Source: Gemmatimonadota bacterium
GTDB taxonomy: Bacteria > Gemmatimonadota > Gemmatimonadetes > Gemmatimonadales > GWC2-71-9
Assembly: GCA_039656555.1 (NCBI GenBank)
Contig: JBDHLU010000002.1
Location: forward strand, 658-64,657
DNA length: 64,000 bases
Reading direction: 5' to 3'
Part shown: positions 39,005 to 49,240 of the stretch, in pieces
Layout of the letters: the number at the start of each line of letters is the position of its first letter
Numbering within the stretch: position 1 is the first letter of the stretch
Translations under genes and position numbers: made by a program
The notes under the pieces: generated by a model
Seen by the model: only the letters and a program-made list of their open reading frames with translations
Told to the model about the DNA's origin: nothing
Databases searched by the model: none

Positions 39005-39835
39005 CTAGCTGTCGCGATAGTGTTGGCTCATCTCGTCGAGCAGCTGTCGCTCCTTCGTGGTGAGGCTGTCCAGACCGAGTTCGGAAATCTTGTCCAACAC
39101 GCGATCCACCTCGTCGTGGATCGAACGCGTGGAGCGCTCGGGTTTCTGGACCGGCGCGGCGGCGCGGCGCGCGCGCGGACGTCTGATGGTTTGAGGCACG
39201 ACACTAGCCAGCCGTGGGGTTGAGCTAACGACTGTGTTGGTCTTGCCCGAAATCGCCTGCTCACCCTTGATGAAGAGAAAACCGAACAAAACCCCGCCCA
39301 GGTGTGCGAAGTGTGCGATCCCCGTGTCGCGGCCCGTCAACGCGGCGAAGAGGTCTGTGAGAACGATGAACGTAAAGAACCACTTCACCTTGATCGGGAA
39401 GGGCAACGGAAAAATCATCATCGGAGCGTCCGGCCAATTGAGCACGAACGCCAACCCGACACCGAGGATCGCTCCAGACGCACCGATAACCGGCGGCGCA
39501 TATCCAAAAATGAGCATCGCGAACGAGAGCGCTGCACCCCCAAACCCGCAGGTGAAGTAGTACATCGCGAACGTGCGGCTACCCCACTTTTCCTCGACGG
39601 CCGGACCGAACACGAACAAGAGCAAGCAGTTCATCGCCAGGTGCAAAAATCCGGCATGGAGAAACAGGTAAGTGAAGGGAGTCCACCACCTGAACAAGAG
39701 CTGTCGCGGTTGGAAGGCGAACAGGTCGACAAACCACGGTCCCGTGAACACCGTGATGGTCAGGAGGTAGACCACGGCATTCGCGATCAAGAGTCCGCGG
39801 ACCCAAGGCGTTAGCGAAAAGGGTGTCTGTCGCAT
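39005..39835 (-). CDS. Rhomboid-family intramembrane serine protease with a C-terminal cytoplasmic extension
   Basis: Trimmed to ATG 39835. Catalytic Ser in GASGAILG and catalytic His in HFAHLGG. C-terminal tail DEVDRVLDKISELGLDSLTTKERQLLDEM. Confidence 0.85.
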   Translation of the reverse strand: MRQTPFSLTPWVRGLLIANAVVYLLTITVFTGPWFVDLFAFQPRQLLFRWWTPFTYLFLHAGFLHLAMNCLLLFVFGPAVEEKWGSRTFAMYYFTCGFGGAALSFAMLIFGYAPPVIGASGAILGVGLAFVLNWPDAPMMIFPLPFPIKVKWFFTFIVLTDLFAALTGRDTGIAHFAHLGGVLFGFLFIKGEQAISGKTNTVVSSTPRLASVVPQTIRRPRARRAAAPVQKPERSTRSIHDEVDRVLDKISELGLDSLTTKERQLLDEMSQHYRDS

Positions 39836-39852
39836 CTCTTTCTTAAATTTCC

Positions 39853-40884
39853 CTACCCAGGGACTTTGTTCCCATGGCCTGCGCGGCGCAAGGCGAGATC
39901 GACTAGCCTGGCACAGAGGTCCCCAAACGAGAGGCCACTGGCAGCTGCAGATTGGGGCAGCAAGCTCGTCGCAGTCATGCCGGGGAGCGTGTTGGCTTCG
40001 ATGCAATACGGTAACCCCTCGGCATCCAATCGGAAATCGACTCGCGAAAAATCTCTGAGGCCCAGGGCTCGGTGCGCCGTTTCGCCCAGGTGTCGTATCT
40101 CTTTTGCGAGGGCCGCGTCGATAGCAGCGGGAAACACCTCTTCGGTCAGCCCAGGCGTGTATTTGCACTCATAGTCAAAAATCTCATGCTGTGGGATGAT
40201 CTCTCCCACTGTGAGGGCCCTCCCATCCAGGATGCCGATCGTGAGCTCGCGCCCGGGTAGGAAGGCCTCGATCAACACCTCATCATCTACTTTCTGAGCC
40301 TCGCCAATGGCGGCCGGCAAATCGTTCACCGTCTCGACCAGGCTCAAGCCTACGCTCGACCCAGCCTTGGACGGCTTGACGATCAGCGGGAGGCCTAACG
40401 ACCGGACAGTCTCATCGTCGGCAGGCCACAGCGCCCACGCGGGCGTCGGGATGCCGGCGTCCTCCAATCGGCGCTTGGCTGCGTCCTTGTCCATCGCTAA
40501 CCGGCTACCCGCGGGATCACTTCCAGTGTAGGTGATACGGGCGGCGTCGAGTCGTTCCTGCAGCGTGCCACCCTCGACTTGTGCCCCATGGAGAACGAGG
40601 AAAGTCACGTCAGTGTTTGCCAAGGCGTCCAACGTGACCAGATCGATCGCTTGCTCCAACTCGGCGAGGTCCTCGAGGGCCGCGGCCCCCGGGGGCTCAC
40701 GCTTGACGTCCGGATGCAGAAGCTGGGCCTCGCGCTCGGGCGACAGCTCGCCGTAGGCTGTATCGACCGTGCGTACGGTGTACCCACGATCTCGGAGTGC
40801 AGCTACGACCTGGGCGGCCCCCGCAAGTGCCACGTCGCGCTCCGGAGTCGAACCGCCGGTCAGAACGGTTATCGTGCGGGACAT
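39853..40884 (-). CDS. ddl: D-alanine--D-alanine ligase
   Basis: Trimmed to ATG 40884 (MSRTITVLTGGSTPERDVAL...). ATP-grasp core with ...LIVKPSKAGSSVGLS... and ...IEANTLPGMT. Confidence 0.9.
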   Translation of the reverse strand: MSRTITVLTGGSTPERDVALAGAAQVVAALRDRGYTVRTVDTAYGELSPEREAQLLHPDVKREPPGAAALEDLAELEQAIDLVTLDALANTDVTFLVLHGAQVEGGTLQERLDAARITYTGSDPAGSRLAMDKDAAKRRLEDAGIPTPAWALWPADDETVRSLGLPLIVKPSKAGSSVGLSLVETVNDLPAAIGEAQKVDDEVLIEAFLPGRELTIGILDGRALTVGEIIPQHEIFDYECKYTPGLTEEVFPAAIDAALAKEIRHLGETAHRALGLRDFSRVDFRLDAEGLPYCIEANTLPGMTATSLLPQSAAASGLSFGDLCARLVDLALRRAGHGNKVPG

Positions 40885-40930
40885 ATTGGAACGACGATCG
40901 CGACCCATGCGGTCGCGACCGGATGGTGAC

Positions 40931-41341
40931 TCACCGTCTGTTTCCCTCTGGTGAGCTACGGTCTGGAATACGAAAGTGGACCGGCTGGTAGAACACAGTG
41001 GAGACCGGAATGCCCTTGCGCCGTGCTGGGGCAAACGTCATGCGTACCACACCGGTTACGGCAGCGGAATCGAGCCGTGCATGCCCACTGCCTTCGGCTA
41101 CCTGCGTCGATTCCGGGACAACGGTTCCCGTCTCGTCGGCAAACAACCGCAGGATCACCGTGCCTTCGACGCCCTGCTCGAACAGGGCAAGCGGATAGGC
41201 AACTGGCGATTCCGCGTTGGTGGCAACGGGCGACTCGAACGGATTAGGCCGGTTATTGGCTGGCGGGTCATCCGAATCGGTTCCGTTCGGTGCGCATGCC
41301 ACGACCATGAGGCACACCAACGCGAGCATCGTCCTCATCAC
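40931..41341 (-). CDS. TonB C-terminal domain lipoprotein
   Basis: Lipobox LMVVAC, then YPLALFEQGVEGTVILRLFADETGTV...DSAAVTGVVRMTFAPARRKGIPV (TonB_C fold pattern). 4-nt overlap with mutS. Confidence 0.65.
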   Translation of the reverse strand: MMRTMLALVCLMVVACAPNGTDSDDPPANNRPNPFESPVATNAESPVAYPLALFEQGVEGTVILRLFADETGTVVPESTQVAEGSGHARLDSAAVTGVVRMTFAPARRKGIPVSTVFYQPVHFRIPDRSSPEGNRR

Positions 41342-43932
41342 GTTGTCTCCTCGATCCGTTTCTTCATTTCCGTTAGCCAGTGGAGTGCTTCCAATGGTGT
41401 CATGCCATTGGGGTCCAGTTTTCGAAGGTCGTGAACCAGCGGATGCTCACCAGGGGTGAACAAGCCGAGTTGCTGTGGATCCGGGCGTGGGGGAAGGGTC
41501 TCCCCTACCACATGGTGTCCGGATTCGAGCAACCGCAAGATCTCGCCGGCGCGGCCCACTACGGAGGTTGGTAGCCCAGCGAGGCGTCCTACGTGGATGC
41601 CGTAAGAACGATCCGCTCCGCCAGGTTCAAGTCGATGGAGAAAGAGGATATCGTCGTCGATTTCCTTGACCGCCACGTTGAAGTTCCGCGCGTGCGCGAG
41701 TTCTTCGGTGAGCTGCGTGAGTTCGTGGTAATGGGTGGCAAATATTGTTTTGCATCCGATACAGTCATGCAGGTGTTCGGTGGTGGCCCACGCAATCGCC
41801 ACGCCATCGTACGTTGCAGTGCCGCGACCAATTTCATCGAGCAGCACCAGGCTGCGCGCGGTTGCGGTGTGGAGAATGGCACTCGTCTCGCTCATCTCCA
41901 CCATGAAAGTCGACTGGCCTCTTCCGAGATTGTCTGAAGCCCCCACCCGAGTAAACACACGATCGACCACTCCGAGACGCGCGCGCTCCGCCGGCACGAA
42001 CGAGCCGATCTGTGCTAGGATCACCGCCAGGCCCGTCTGGCGGAGGATCGTCGACTTGCCCGCCATGTTCGGGCCGGTGAGCAACATCACGCGCGACGAT
42101 TGATCGAGTTCGATGTCGTTCGGGATGAACTTGCCGGGCGGCAGCGAGCGTTCGACGACGGGGTGCCGGCACTGGTGGAGTTCCAGTGTCATGGACTCGT
42201 CGAGTTCCGGCCGCACGTACCGCTCGCGTATCGCCGCCTCCGCCAGGGAGGCGAACACGTCCAGGGATGCGAGAAGCCGTGCTGAAAGTTGGATTGCCGC
42301 CAGCCGTTGGCGTACCGCGTCTGCCAACAAGTCGAACAGTTCGCGTTCGCGTTCCAGGGCACGCTCTTCGGCCCCCAGCACTCTTGCCTCGTACTCTTTG
42401 AGTTCCGGCGTGACATACCGTTCGGCGTTGGTCAGTGTCTGGCGCCGTTCGTACTCGTCGGGCACTTCACCGCGATGAGCCTTCGAAACCTCCAGGTAGT
42501 ATCCAAAGACCTTGTTGAATCCCACCTTGAGTGACGACACGCCGGTGCGTTCGCGTTCTCGAGCCTGAAGTTCGGCGATGAACTGCTTGCCGCCATCACG
42601 CATGTCACGGGCGTCGTCGAGGTCACGATCGGCTTGTGGGCGAATGCTGTCGGCCTGCCCGAGCACCGCCGGTGGATGGTCAATGACCATACGTGTCAGG
42701 TGTTCGGCGAGTTCACTGTGGAGCTCGAAAGTCCCTGCTAGGCGCTCGAGGCGCGAACTCCGTTCTCGATTGCTGAGTCCATCGAGGGCACTGAGGACGT
42801 CTGGGAGGCGACTTAGCGATTCACGAAGCCCCGCAAAGTCGCGCGGTGATCCTCGGCGTCCCGATGCCCGCCCCGCGAGACGCTCGAGGTCGCGAACGCC
42901 GTCGAGTGCCTCCCGCAGGCGTTCGCGACCTCGAGCGTCTCGCGTGAAGACGTCGACGGCGTCGTGTCGGTCGAGAATCGGTTCGATTTCACAGAGCGGG
43001 GCCAACAACCAACGCCGGAGAAGCCGGGCGCCCATCGGCGTCACGGTTCGATCCAACACGTCGAGCACCGTGCCACCCTGTTGTCCAGGAGCCAGCGGCT
43101 CTACGAGTTCGAGATTGCGACGGGTCATCTCGTCCAAGGGCATCGTGTTGCCGGCGCGCTGCATCGACGGGCGCGCTAGCGCCGGTAACCCACCGGGTTG
43201 GAGCTCGCCGATGTAACGCAGCAGGGCGCCGGCAGCCCCAACCGCCTCCTGATCGTCGTCTCGGATACCGAAGCCGTCGAGGCTCCCTAGCCCGAAGTGC
43301 GATGTGATTTCCGCCGCCCCGACCTCCGGTCGAAAGTCGGATTGGGGGCGTTCGGTTACCATCACGTCGCCGGGGTGGGGGGTGGCCGCAGCATCCACAG
43401 TGACGATCTCCCTCGGTGCATAACGTGCGAGCGCCGGTTCCAAGTCTTCGGGTGCCACGGCCTCGAGGAGGAACTCGCCGGTCGAGAGATCGATCGCGGC
43501 GAGGCCTACGACTTCACCGAGCAACACCGAAACCAGGAAGTTGTTTCGCGCGCTTTCGAGCCAGTCCTTGGAGATGATCGCCCCCGGCGTCACGGTCTCG
43601 ACAACCGCGCGGCGGACGAGACCCTTGGCCTCCTTGGGATCTTCGATTTGTTCGCAGATCGCCACGCGGTGCCCCCGCTCGATCAGTCGTCGCAGGTAGT
43701 CGTCGGCGGCCTTCACCGGGAAGCCGGCGAGCGGTACGTCGCCAGCGCTCCCGTTGTTGCGGGATGTGAGCGTGAGTCCGAGTTCTTTCGACGCCAGATT
43801 GGCGTCGTCAAAAAACATCTCGTAAAAATCGCCCATGCGGAAGAATAGGATAGCGTCGGCATGTTGCGATTTGATCTCGCGATACTGCTGCATGAGCGGC
43901 GTTTCACCGCCTCGCGAAGCAGTACGGCTCAT
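41338..43932 (-). CDS. mutS: DNA mismatch repair protein MutS
   Basis: 864 aa. PLMQQYREIKSQHADAILFFRMGDFYEMFFDDA and Walker A GPNMAGKST. Confidence 0.97.
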   Translation of the reverse strand: MSRTASRGGETPLMQQYREIKSQHADAILFFRMGDFYEMFFDDANLASKELGLTLTSRNNGSAGDVPLAGFPVKAADDYLRRLIERGHRVAICEQIEDPKEAKGLVRRAVVETVTPGAIISKDWLESARNNFLVSVLLGEVVGLAAIDLSTGEFLLEAVAPEDLEPALARYAPREIVTVDAAATPHPGDVMVTERPQSDFRPEVGAAEITSHFGLGSLDGFGIRDDDQEAVGAAGALLRYIGELQPGGLPALARPSMQRAGNTMPLDEMTRRNLELVEPLAPGQQGGTVLDVLDRTVTPMGARLLRRWLLAPLCEIEPILDRHDAVDVFTRDARGRERLREALDGVRDLERLAGRASGRRGSPRDFAGLRESLSRLPDVLSALDGLSNRERSSRLERLAGTFELHSELAEHLTRMVIDHPPAVLGQADSIRPQADRDLDDARDMRDGGKQFIAELQARERERTGVSSLKVGFNKVFGYYLEVSKAHRGEVPDEYERRQTLTNAERYVTPELKEYEARVLGAEERALERERELFDLLADAVRQRLAAIQLSARLLASLDVFASLAEAAIRERYVRPELDESMTLELHQCRHPVVERSLPPGKFIPNDIELDQSSRVMLLTGPNMAGKSTILRQTGLAVILAQIGSFVPAERARLGVVDRVFTRVGASDNLGRGQSTFMVEMSETSAILHTATARSLVLLDEIGRGTATYDGVAIAWATTEHLHDCIGCKTIFATHYHELTQLTEELAHARNFNVAVKEIDDDILFLHRLEPGGADRSYGIHVGRLAGLPTSVVGRAGEILRLLESGHHVVGETLPPRPDPQQLGLFTPGEHPLVHDLRKLDPNGMTPLEALHWLTEMKKRIEETT

Positions 43933-44771
43933 CTCTCTTCGACGATGAAAGGCGCTGTCCCCATCGCGGCCTTCAAACGATCGACCAGTTGCACGGCTTC
44001 GGCACGGGTGGCAAACCGTCCAACTCGGATCTTGTAGAGTCCGTCTTCAGTCACGATGTGCGTTTCGAATCCGTCAGCGGCCAGCCGTCGCATCACTTCG
44101 TCGGCAGCCAGGGCGTTTCCGACCGCGGCTACTTGGAGCGAATACACTACCAAAGCTGGTTGGCTGGTATCTCGGGCGGTGGAATCACTGACTTCGGCAA
44201 AGGCTGCGCACCGCTGACGGTAGTAGCGAATGCGACTGGCCAGTTCGACGTTTTGGGTGGCGGCGGCTTCTGCGCGGGCAAGATAGCGGCACCCGCTTTC
44301 CACATCGTTTTGTTCGAAGTAGGCGCGGCCAGCCCAGAACGCCGCGTCCGCGAGAATGTGGGATGAGGGATAGTCCTCCACGATGCGTTCCGCGGCCCGG
44401 CCTGCGGCGGCAACGTCACCGGTAGCGAAGGCCAATTGTGCGAGCCGCAACAGGGCCTGGTCGGCCCATTTGGACCGTGAGAACTCGATGCTCACGCGCC
44501 GGAGATACAGCATGGCACTGTCGGCGTTGCCAGCAACCCTGCCGGCCGTGTACAGGATTTCCGGGTAAAGAGAATCCGAAGTCGGCGTCATCGCCAACCG
44601 GCGGCGGATAATGGCCCGCGCCGAGTCGGCCTGCCCTTCGGACGCGAGCTGCACCGCCATCAGGAGTTCCGGATCACCTTGCATCGTGTCACGCGTCGCG
44701 GGCCCACCCTCCTGAGCGTAGAGTGACGGTGCGACCAAGCCAAGGATTGCCAAAACCGTAAGAAGTCTCAT
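43929..44771 (-). CDS. Secreted TPR-repeat protein with a C-terminal SPOR (peptidoglycan-binding) domain
   Basis: Signal peptide, TPR-like helices, and a SPOR-like tail YSLQVAAVGNALAADEVMRRLAADGFETHIVTEDGLYKIRVGRFATRAEA. Confidence 0.7.
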   Translation of the reverse strand: MRLLTVLAILGLVAPSLYAQEGGPATRDTMQGDPELLMAVQLASEGQADSARAIIRRRLAMTPTSDSLYPEILYTAGRVAGNADSAMLYLRRVSIEFSRSKWADQALLRLAQLAFATGDVAAAGRAAERIVEDYPSSHILADAAFWAGRAYFEQNDVESGCRYLARAEAAATQNVELASRIRYYRQRCAAFAEVSDSTARDTSQPALVVYSLQVAAVGNALAADEVMRRLAADGFETHIVTEDGLYKIRVGRFATRAEAVQLVDRLKAAMGTAPFIVEER

Positions 44772-45823
44772 GCTGCCGCCTTCCGTCCTCCAAAGTTCAA
44801 GAGCACCCCCATGAGGATACCCCGCTCAGACGTCACCGTTGTGCTTTTCAGCGCCTTGTCGGCGTCGCGGGCCACGCGGATCGCCTCTCGTAGTTCTGCG
44901 GTCGTCCAGTGAGGTGCCGCATTCGCCCAGAGTTCTGATAGGACCTTCCAATCGCCAATACCGCGGGCTCCCGCCGTTCGCATCACTCCAAATACCGCCG
45001 ATGGCAACCTGCGTGTTGGAGTTCCGGAATCGAGTAGGGATCGTGCGACTAGCACGCCAACCAGCGCGGTTCCCAACCGCATGGTCAATCGAACACCCGT
45101 GACACCCGAGCCACTGAGAACACCATCCAACATCGCTACCGCCGGACCGGTCTTGCGTCCAATGACGGCCGCGACCCAATCATCCACGGTCTCGCCAATC
45201 CGTACCCCTACCAGGTCTGCCACCATCTCGACCGTCACTGTTGCGCCGGGCTCGACCGCCCCACCGAGCTTGCCGAGTTCGGCGGTGAGGGTCATCAGGT
45301 TGTCTCCGACGGCTTGTTGCAGGAGCGTGGCACCATCGTCTTCGATGGTGAACCCACTATCGGATGCACGTCGCACGATCCACCGCTTCACGCGTTTGGC
45401 TCCTAGCGGTTCGATGGCAACCGTTAGGGCGGACTTCGCCAGCGCGTTGTTGGGTTTGCCATCGTCATTGTGCAACAGGATGAGGACGGTGGTTGGTGAC
45501 GGTTGCTCCACATAGCGCTCGAGCACCTTCCACACCTTCGCGTTCTTGCGCCACTGCTCCAGGTACTTGAGATACACCACGCGCCGTTCGGCGAGCATTG
45601 GTGGCGTGTCCACCAGCGCGGTGAGGGTTTCGCCATCTAAATCGCCGGCCGCGCGCACATCGAAGTTGAAGTCTCGCGAGCCTTCGTCGACAGCGTGATC
45701 GATGATGTGTTTGGCGAGTTCATCCTTGAGGACGTCTTCCGAGCCCGTGAGATAGTAAACGGGTCTCAGTTTGCCGTCCCGGACTTCGCGGTAGATCGAG
45801 TCGAGGGTTGGTGAGGTCGCCAT
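44768..45823 (-). CDS. holA: DNA polymerase III delta subunit
   Basis: 351 aa. N-terminal ...LRPVYYLTGSEDVLKDE... pattern typical of HolA. 4-nt overlaps link it in an operon with the SPOR gene and mutS. Confidence 0.8.
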   Translation of the reverse strand: MATSPTLDSIYREVRDGKLRPVYYLTGSEDVLKDELAKHIIDHAVDEGSRDFNFDVRAAGDLDGETLTALVDTPPMLAERRVVYLKYLEQWRKNAKVWKVLERYVEQPSPTTVLILLHNDDGKPNNALAKSALTVAIEPLGAKRVKRWIVRRASDSGFTIEDDGATLLQQAVGDNLMTLTAELGKLGGAVEPGATVTVEMVADLVGVRIGETVDDWVAAVIGRKTGPAVAMLDGVLSGSGVTGVRLTMRLGTALVGVLVARSLLDSGTPTRRLPSAVFGVMRTAGARGIGDWKVLSELWANAAPHWTTAELREAIRVARDADKALKSTTVTSERGILMGVLLNFGGRKAAA

Positions 45824-45871
45824 GGAATCTGGCGGAAGTTACCGATCTCGAATGTGGAGAGAAACCCTGGT

Positions 45872-46393
45872 CTAGCGCGTGAAAGCCGGCTTCATGATAT
45901 ACGGCTCCTCGTCCGCGCCGGGGGCCCGCCAATCGGCACCAAATGCCGGAACCGTGAAGGTTTCTTCGGGGGTGGCGAGCGCGGCAGGTTGCGCCGCAGT
46001 GCTCACCGGGAGAACCGGCGTGGTGGGCGGCGCGCTATCGATAACGATCGTCTGGACCTGCGGTTCAGGTGCGTCCCAGAGCACCAGGGCCACGGACGCA
46101 ATGAGCACCAATGCCGCGAGGACGCCCGCATAGGTGGGCATCAGCGGGAGTTCTGGCCGACGCCCCGCCGCGATCCGCTCGCGGAGCTGTGCTTTCAGGG
46201 TGTTGGACGGCTCGATTTCACCCGAGTTCTGGAGGACGATGATGCCTCGGGCGATCCTAGCGTCATAGCCCTGGCATTGACGGCATACGGCAAGATGACC
46301 CTCCAAGCGCAGACGATCCTGCCCTTGAATGATGCCATCGCGGTAATCCGAGTACCGCTCGAGAAATTCGTTACAAGTGACTGAATAGGCCAT
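45872..46393 (-). CDS. Anti-sigma factor (zf-HC2)
   Basis: H-x3-C-x2-C motif HLAVCRQC and one TM (YAGVLAALVLIASVALVLW). Lies downstream of the ECF sigma gene. Confidence 0.7.
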   Translation of the reverse strand: MAYSVTCNEFLERYSDYRDGIIQGQDRLRLEGHLAVCRQCQGYDARIARGIIVLQNSGEIEPSNTLKAQLRERIAAGRRPELPLMPTYAGVLAALVLIASVALVLWDAPEPQVQTIVIDSAPPTTPVLPVSTAAQPAALATPEETFTVPAFGADWRAPGADEEPYIMKPAFTR

Positions 46394-46526
46394 CGTACCA
46401 AGCGCTACTACCGGTTTCGTGGAGCAAGGTTCCGTCAGAAGATGGCCCAGAACGACAACGAGCGCGACTCCTCTTGGAAGCCACGCTCGCCGGTCGGGTA
46501 CCCGCTACTGCTGTGCCGTTTGCTTC

Positions 46527-47168
46527 TTACAATCGCGGGCCGATGATTTGGGCGAACCGATTGCGTGCCCGATTGAGGCGGCTTTTCACCGTCCCAAGGT
46601 TGCAACTCGTGATCTCGGCGATCTCTTCGTAGGTCTTCCCTTCCAGTTCACGCAGCACGAACACAACTCGGTGGTGTTCGGGGAGTTGTGCAACGGACTC
46701 CTGCACGAGTTCGCGGAGATGCCGCTTGTGGTACATGTCGTCCGGCTTGTTGTGCCGGTCTTCGAACTGAAGGGGTCGATGATCGGCCTCCCAGTTCTTC
46801 CGGATCGTCTGGAACAGCACGAGTGGGCTCCGGCTCCGGTTCCGCAGCTCGTTCTTGGCCAGGTTCGACGCGATCGTGTAGATCCACGTCGAGAACTTCC
46901 TGGACTGGTCGAAACGATGGAGATGCCGGTGGACCCGAATGAAGACCTCTTGCACGAGGTCTTCCGCTCGTTCCCGGTCTCCGATGGTTCGGAAAACGAA
47001 GTTGAGCAACCGTTTCTGATACCGTTCGACCAGGATGTCGAAACCACGGTAGCTCCCCGCCAGGTACGCCGCAACGACGCCCGAATCATCGATGTCGCTG
47101 AGGTGTTGGCGTTGGTCTAGTGCGGTCGGCGCCAGGGCCGGCCGCTGGATTGCTGGTACTGCTGACAT
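46527..47168 (-). CDS. ECF (sigma-70 family group 4) RNA polymerase sigma factor
   Basis: Region 2 DLVQEVFIRVHRHL...FSTWIYTIA and region 4 TYEEIAEITSCNLGTVKSRLNRAR. Confidence 0.9.
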   Translation of the reverse strand: MSAVPAIQRPALAPTALDQRQHLSDIDDSGVVAAYLAGSYRGFDILVERYQKRLLNFVFRTIGDRERAEDLVQEVFIRVHRHLHRFDQSRKFSTWIYTIASNLAKNELRNRSRSPLVLFQTIRKNWEADHRPLQFEDRHNKPDDMYHKRHLRELVQESVAQLPEHHRVVFVLRELEGKTYEEIAEITSCNLGTVKSRLNRARNRFAQIIGPRL

Positions 47169-47414
47169 GGTTTTGCTCCCGGGTCCGCTCCTAGAGCGGG
47201 TTCCCTCTGCTGACAGACAGGTTCGCTAGTCTCTCCTCCGATGGACTCCAGCCCCCTTGGCTCTCGACCCAGAAAGGCAGGAAGCATTCCCACTGTGTTC
47301 CAGCTCGCTTAGAGGGCTGGTAAGACCTTGTGACGAACTAACTTACGACATCGCAAAGGCTATGGTTTCAAGGGGTCAGGCGGCGCTACCTTGTCCTCGA
47401 CAGAGGACACTGTC

Positions 47415-47972
47415 CTATCGGTTGAGCGTGAATCCGGCGACGTATAGCAGAGCCGTGATGCTCTTGGCGTCGACTATTTCCCCGTCGCGGATCATCTCCA
47501 TGACCTTCGAGAGCGGCCTGGCCTCTACCTGAATGAACTCGTCAGCGGCGTGCTGAGGTTCCCCGGGGGTGATCCCCGTGGCCAGAAAGAGGTGGATCTT
47601 CTCGTCGGTGAACCCCGGAGTCGTAAACACCGTGGTCAGGTGCTCGAAGTGGTCGGCGGTTGCGCCGGTCTCCTCGGTGAGTTCACGCCTGGCGCAGGCT
47701 TCGGGGGCCTCCCCCGGTTCCAGCACGCCGGCGGGGATCTCCCAGATCATGCCGTTGGCGGCGTATCGGTACTGGTGGATGAGCAGGACCGCCGGATCAG
47801 TCGCATCGGCGTCGGTGACCAACGCCACGATTGCTGCGGCACCGGGGTGGCGGACCATCTCCAAATGCATCGTAGATCCATCGGGGGCACGCACGGTGTC
47901 CAGGTCGACATTGATGATGCGACCGTCGTACACGCGGGACGAATCGAGGGTACCCGCATCGCCCTCGGTCAT
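47415..47972 (-). CDS. NUDIX hydrolase (ADP-ribose pyrophosphatase-like)
   Basis: Trimmed to ATG 47972 (MTEGDAGTLDSSRVYDGRIINV...). Nudix box GVLEPGEAPEACARRELTEETG. Confidence 0.8.
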   Translation of the reverse strand: MTEGDAGTLDSSRVYDGRIINVDLDTVRAPDGSTMHLEMVRHPGAAAIVALVTDADATDPAVLLIHQYRYAANGMIWEIPAGVLEPGEAPEACARRELTEETGATADHFEHLTTVFTTPGFTDEKIHLFLATGITPGEPQHAADEFIQVEARPLSKVMEMIRDGEIVDAKSITALLYVAGFTLNR

Positions 47973-48190
47973 GGAACGCGTCACGAACCCCGAGTGAACA
48001 CGAGAAGCAGCTTTCCTTGAGGGAGGGCCGTGCTCGAATGGAAAGTCCAACCCATTCGATCGCGTTCGTTCAAGAGATCGTTGATGGATTCTTCGTCTTC
48101 GCGAGTTTGACCGTCGAGGCGGAGGATTACCGATTGGTATTCGGTCATGGGTCAAACATACGGGGAAGCGGCATTCGGGTGGTCGTTCGA

Positions 48191-49240
48191 CTACCCGATT
48201 GCCCGATTACCCGATCGTACGGCCGCTACCATCGCCTCGACCCCCTCGACCGGCGTCTCCGGCAAGATCCCGTGCCCTAGGTTGAAGATGTGCCCTGGTC
48301 GGCCGCCGGCGCGGCGGAGGATATCCTCCACTCGGAGTTGGATATCGGCTGGGTCGGCGAACAGCACAGTGGGGTCCAGATTGCCTTGGATTCCGTGTCC
48401 CTCGAGTCGAGTCCAAGCTTCATCCAGTGGAATGCGCCAATCGACTCCCACGACGTCGCTGCCTGCGGACGCCATGTCCTCCAGGAGTGTTGCCGTGCCG
48501 GTGCCAAAGTGGATGGTTGGTGCGCCCGCGGCTCCGGCGATCTCGAGTACTCGTCGTGAATGCGGCAACACGAATGTGCGGTAGTCCGCGGGGGAGAGCG
48601 CGCCCACCCAACTGTCGAAAAGCTGCACAACGTCAGCCCCGGCCTTCACCTGTGCCGCCAGGTACTCTCCAATGATCTCCGCGAACTTTCCGAGTAGCGC
48701 GTGCCACAGGTCTGGTTCGCGATACATCAGTTGCTTGGTGCGAAGGAAATTGCGACTCGACCCGCCTTCGATCGCGTAGCTGGCCAACGTGAACGGCGCT
48801 CCCGCAAATCCAATCAGGGAAACGTGATCGTCGAGGGCGGCACGGGTGGCACTGAGGGCGTCCAGCACGTGACCGAGATCCGACTCGGCGTTGACGTCCG
48901 GGAGGTTAGCGACTTGTTCTTCCGTTCGTATGGGGTTGGAGATGACTGGACCTTCGCCCACCTGGAACGAGAGACCTAACCCCAAGGGCTCGAATGGAAG
49001 CAGGATGTCGGCAAAGATGATCGCGGCGTCGATGGGAAACCGGCGCACCGGTTGCAACGTGACTTCCGTCGCCAAATCGGGGTCGTGGCAGATTTCCAGG
49101 AGGGTCGCCTTGGCGCGGATCTCCCGATACTCCTCCAGGTAACGACCCGCTTGCCGCATGAACCACACAGGCGTGCGTTCGGTGGGTTCACAGCGACAGG
49201 CTTTGACGAGAAGCCGCTCGGACGATGTCGTATCAGTCAT
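48191..49240 (-). CDS. hemE: Uroporphyrinogen decarboxylase
   Basis: Trimmed to ATG 49240 (MTDTTSSERLL...). TERTPVWFMRQAGRYLEEYREIR signature. ATGA overlap with hemD. Confidence 0.9.
   Translation of the reverse strand: MTDTTSSERLLVKACRCEPTERTPVWFMRQAGRYLEEYREIRAKATLLEICHDPDLATEVTLQPVRRFPIDAAIIFADILLPFEPLGLGLSFQVGEGPVISNPIRTEEQVANLPDVNAESDLGHVLDALSATRAALDDHVSLIGFAGAPFTLASYAIEGGSSRNFLRTKQLMYREPDLWHALLGKFAEIIGEYLAAQVKAGADVVQLFDSWVGALSPADYRTFVLPHSRRVLEIAGAAGAPTIHFGTGTATLLEDMASAGSDVVGVDWRIPLDEAWTRLEGHGIQGNLDPTVLFADPADIQLRVEDILRRAGGRPGHIFNLGHGILPETPVEGVEAMVAAVRSGNRAIG

Noticed and set aside
47169-47414. 245-bp untranslated gap upstream of the ECF sigma gene, examined as a possible SRP or 6S-like RNA because of a GAAAGGCAGGAAGCA stretch
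   Set aside because: The SRP helix-8 pattern (GNAR tetraloop closed by the conserved symmetric and asymmetric loops) cannot be built from the flanking sequence. It is more simply a long leader or promoter region.
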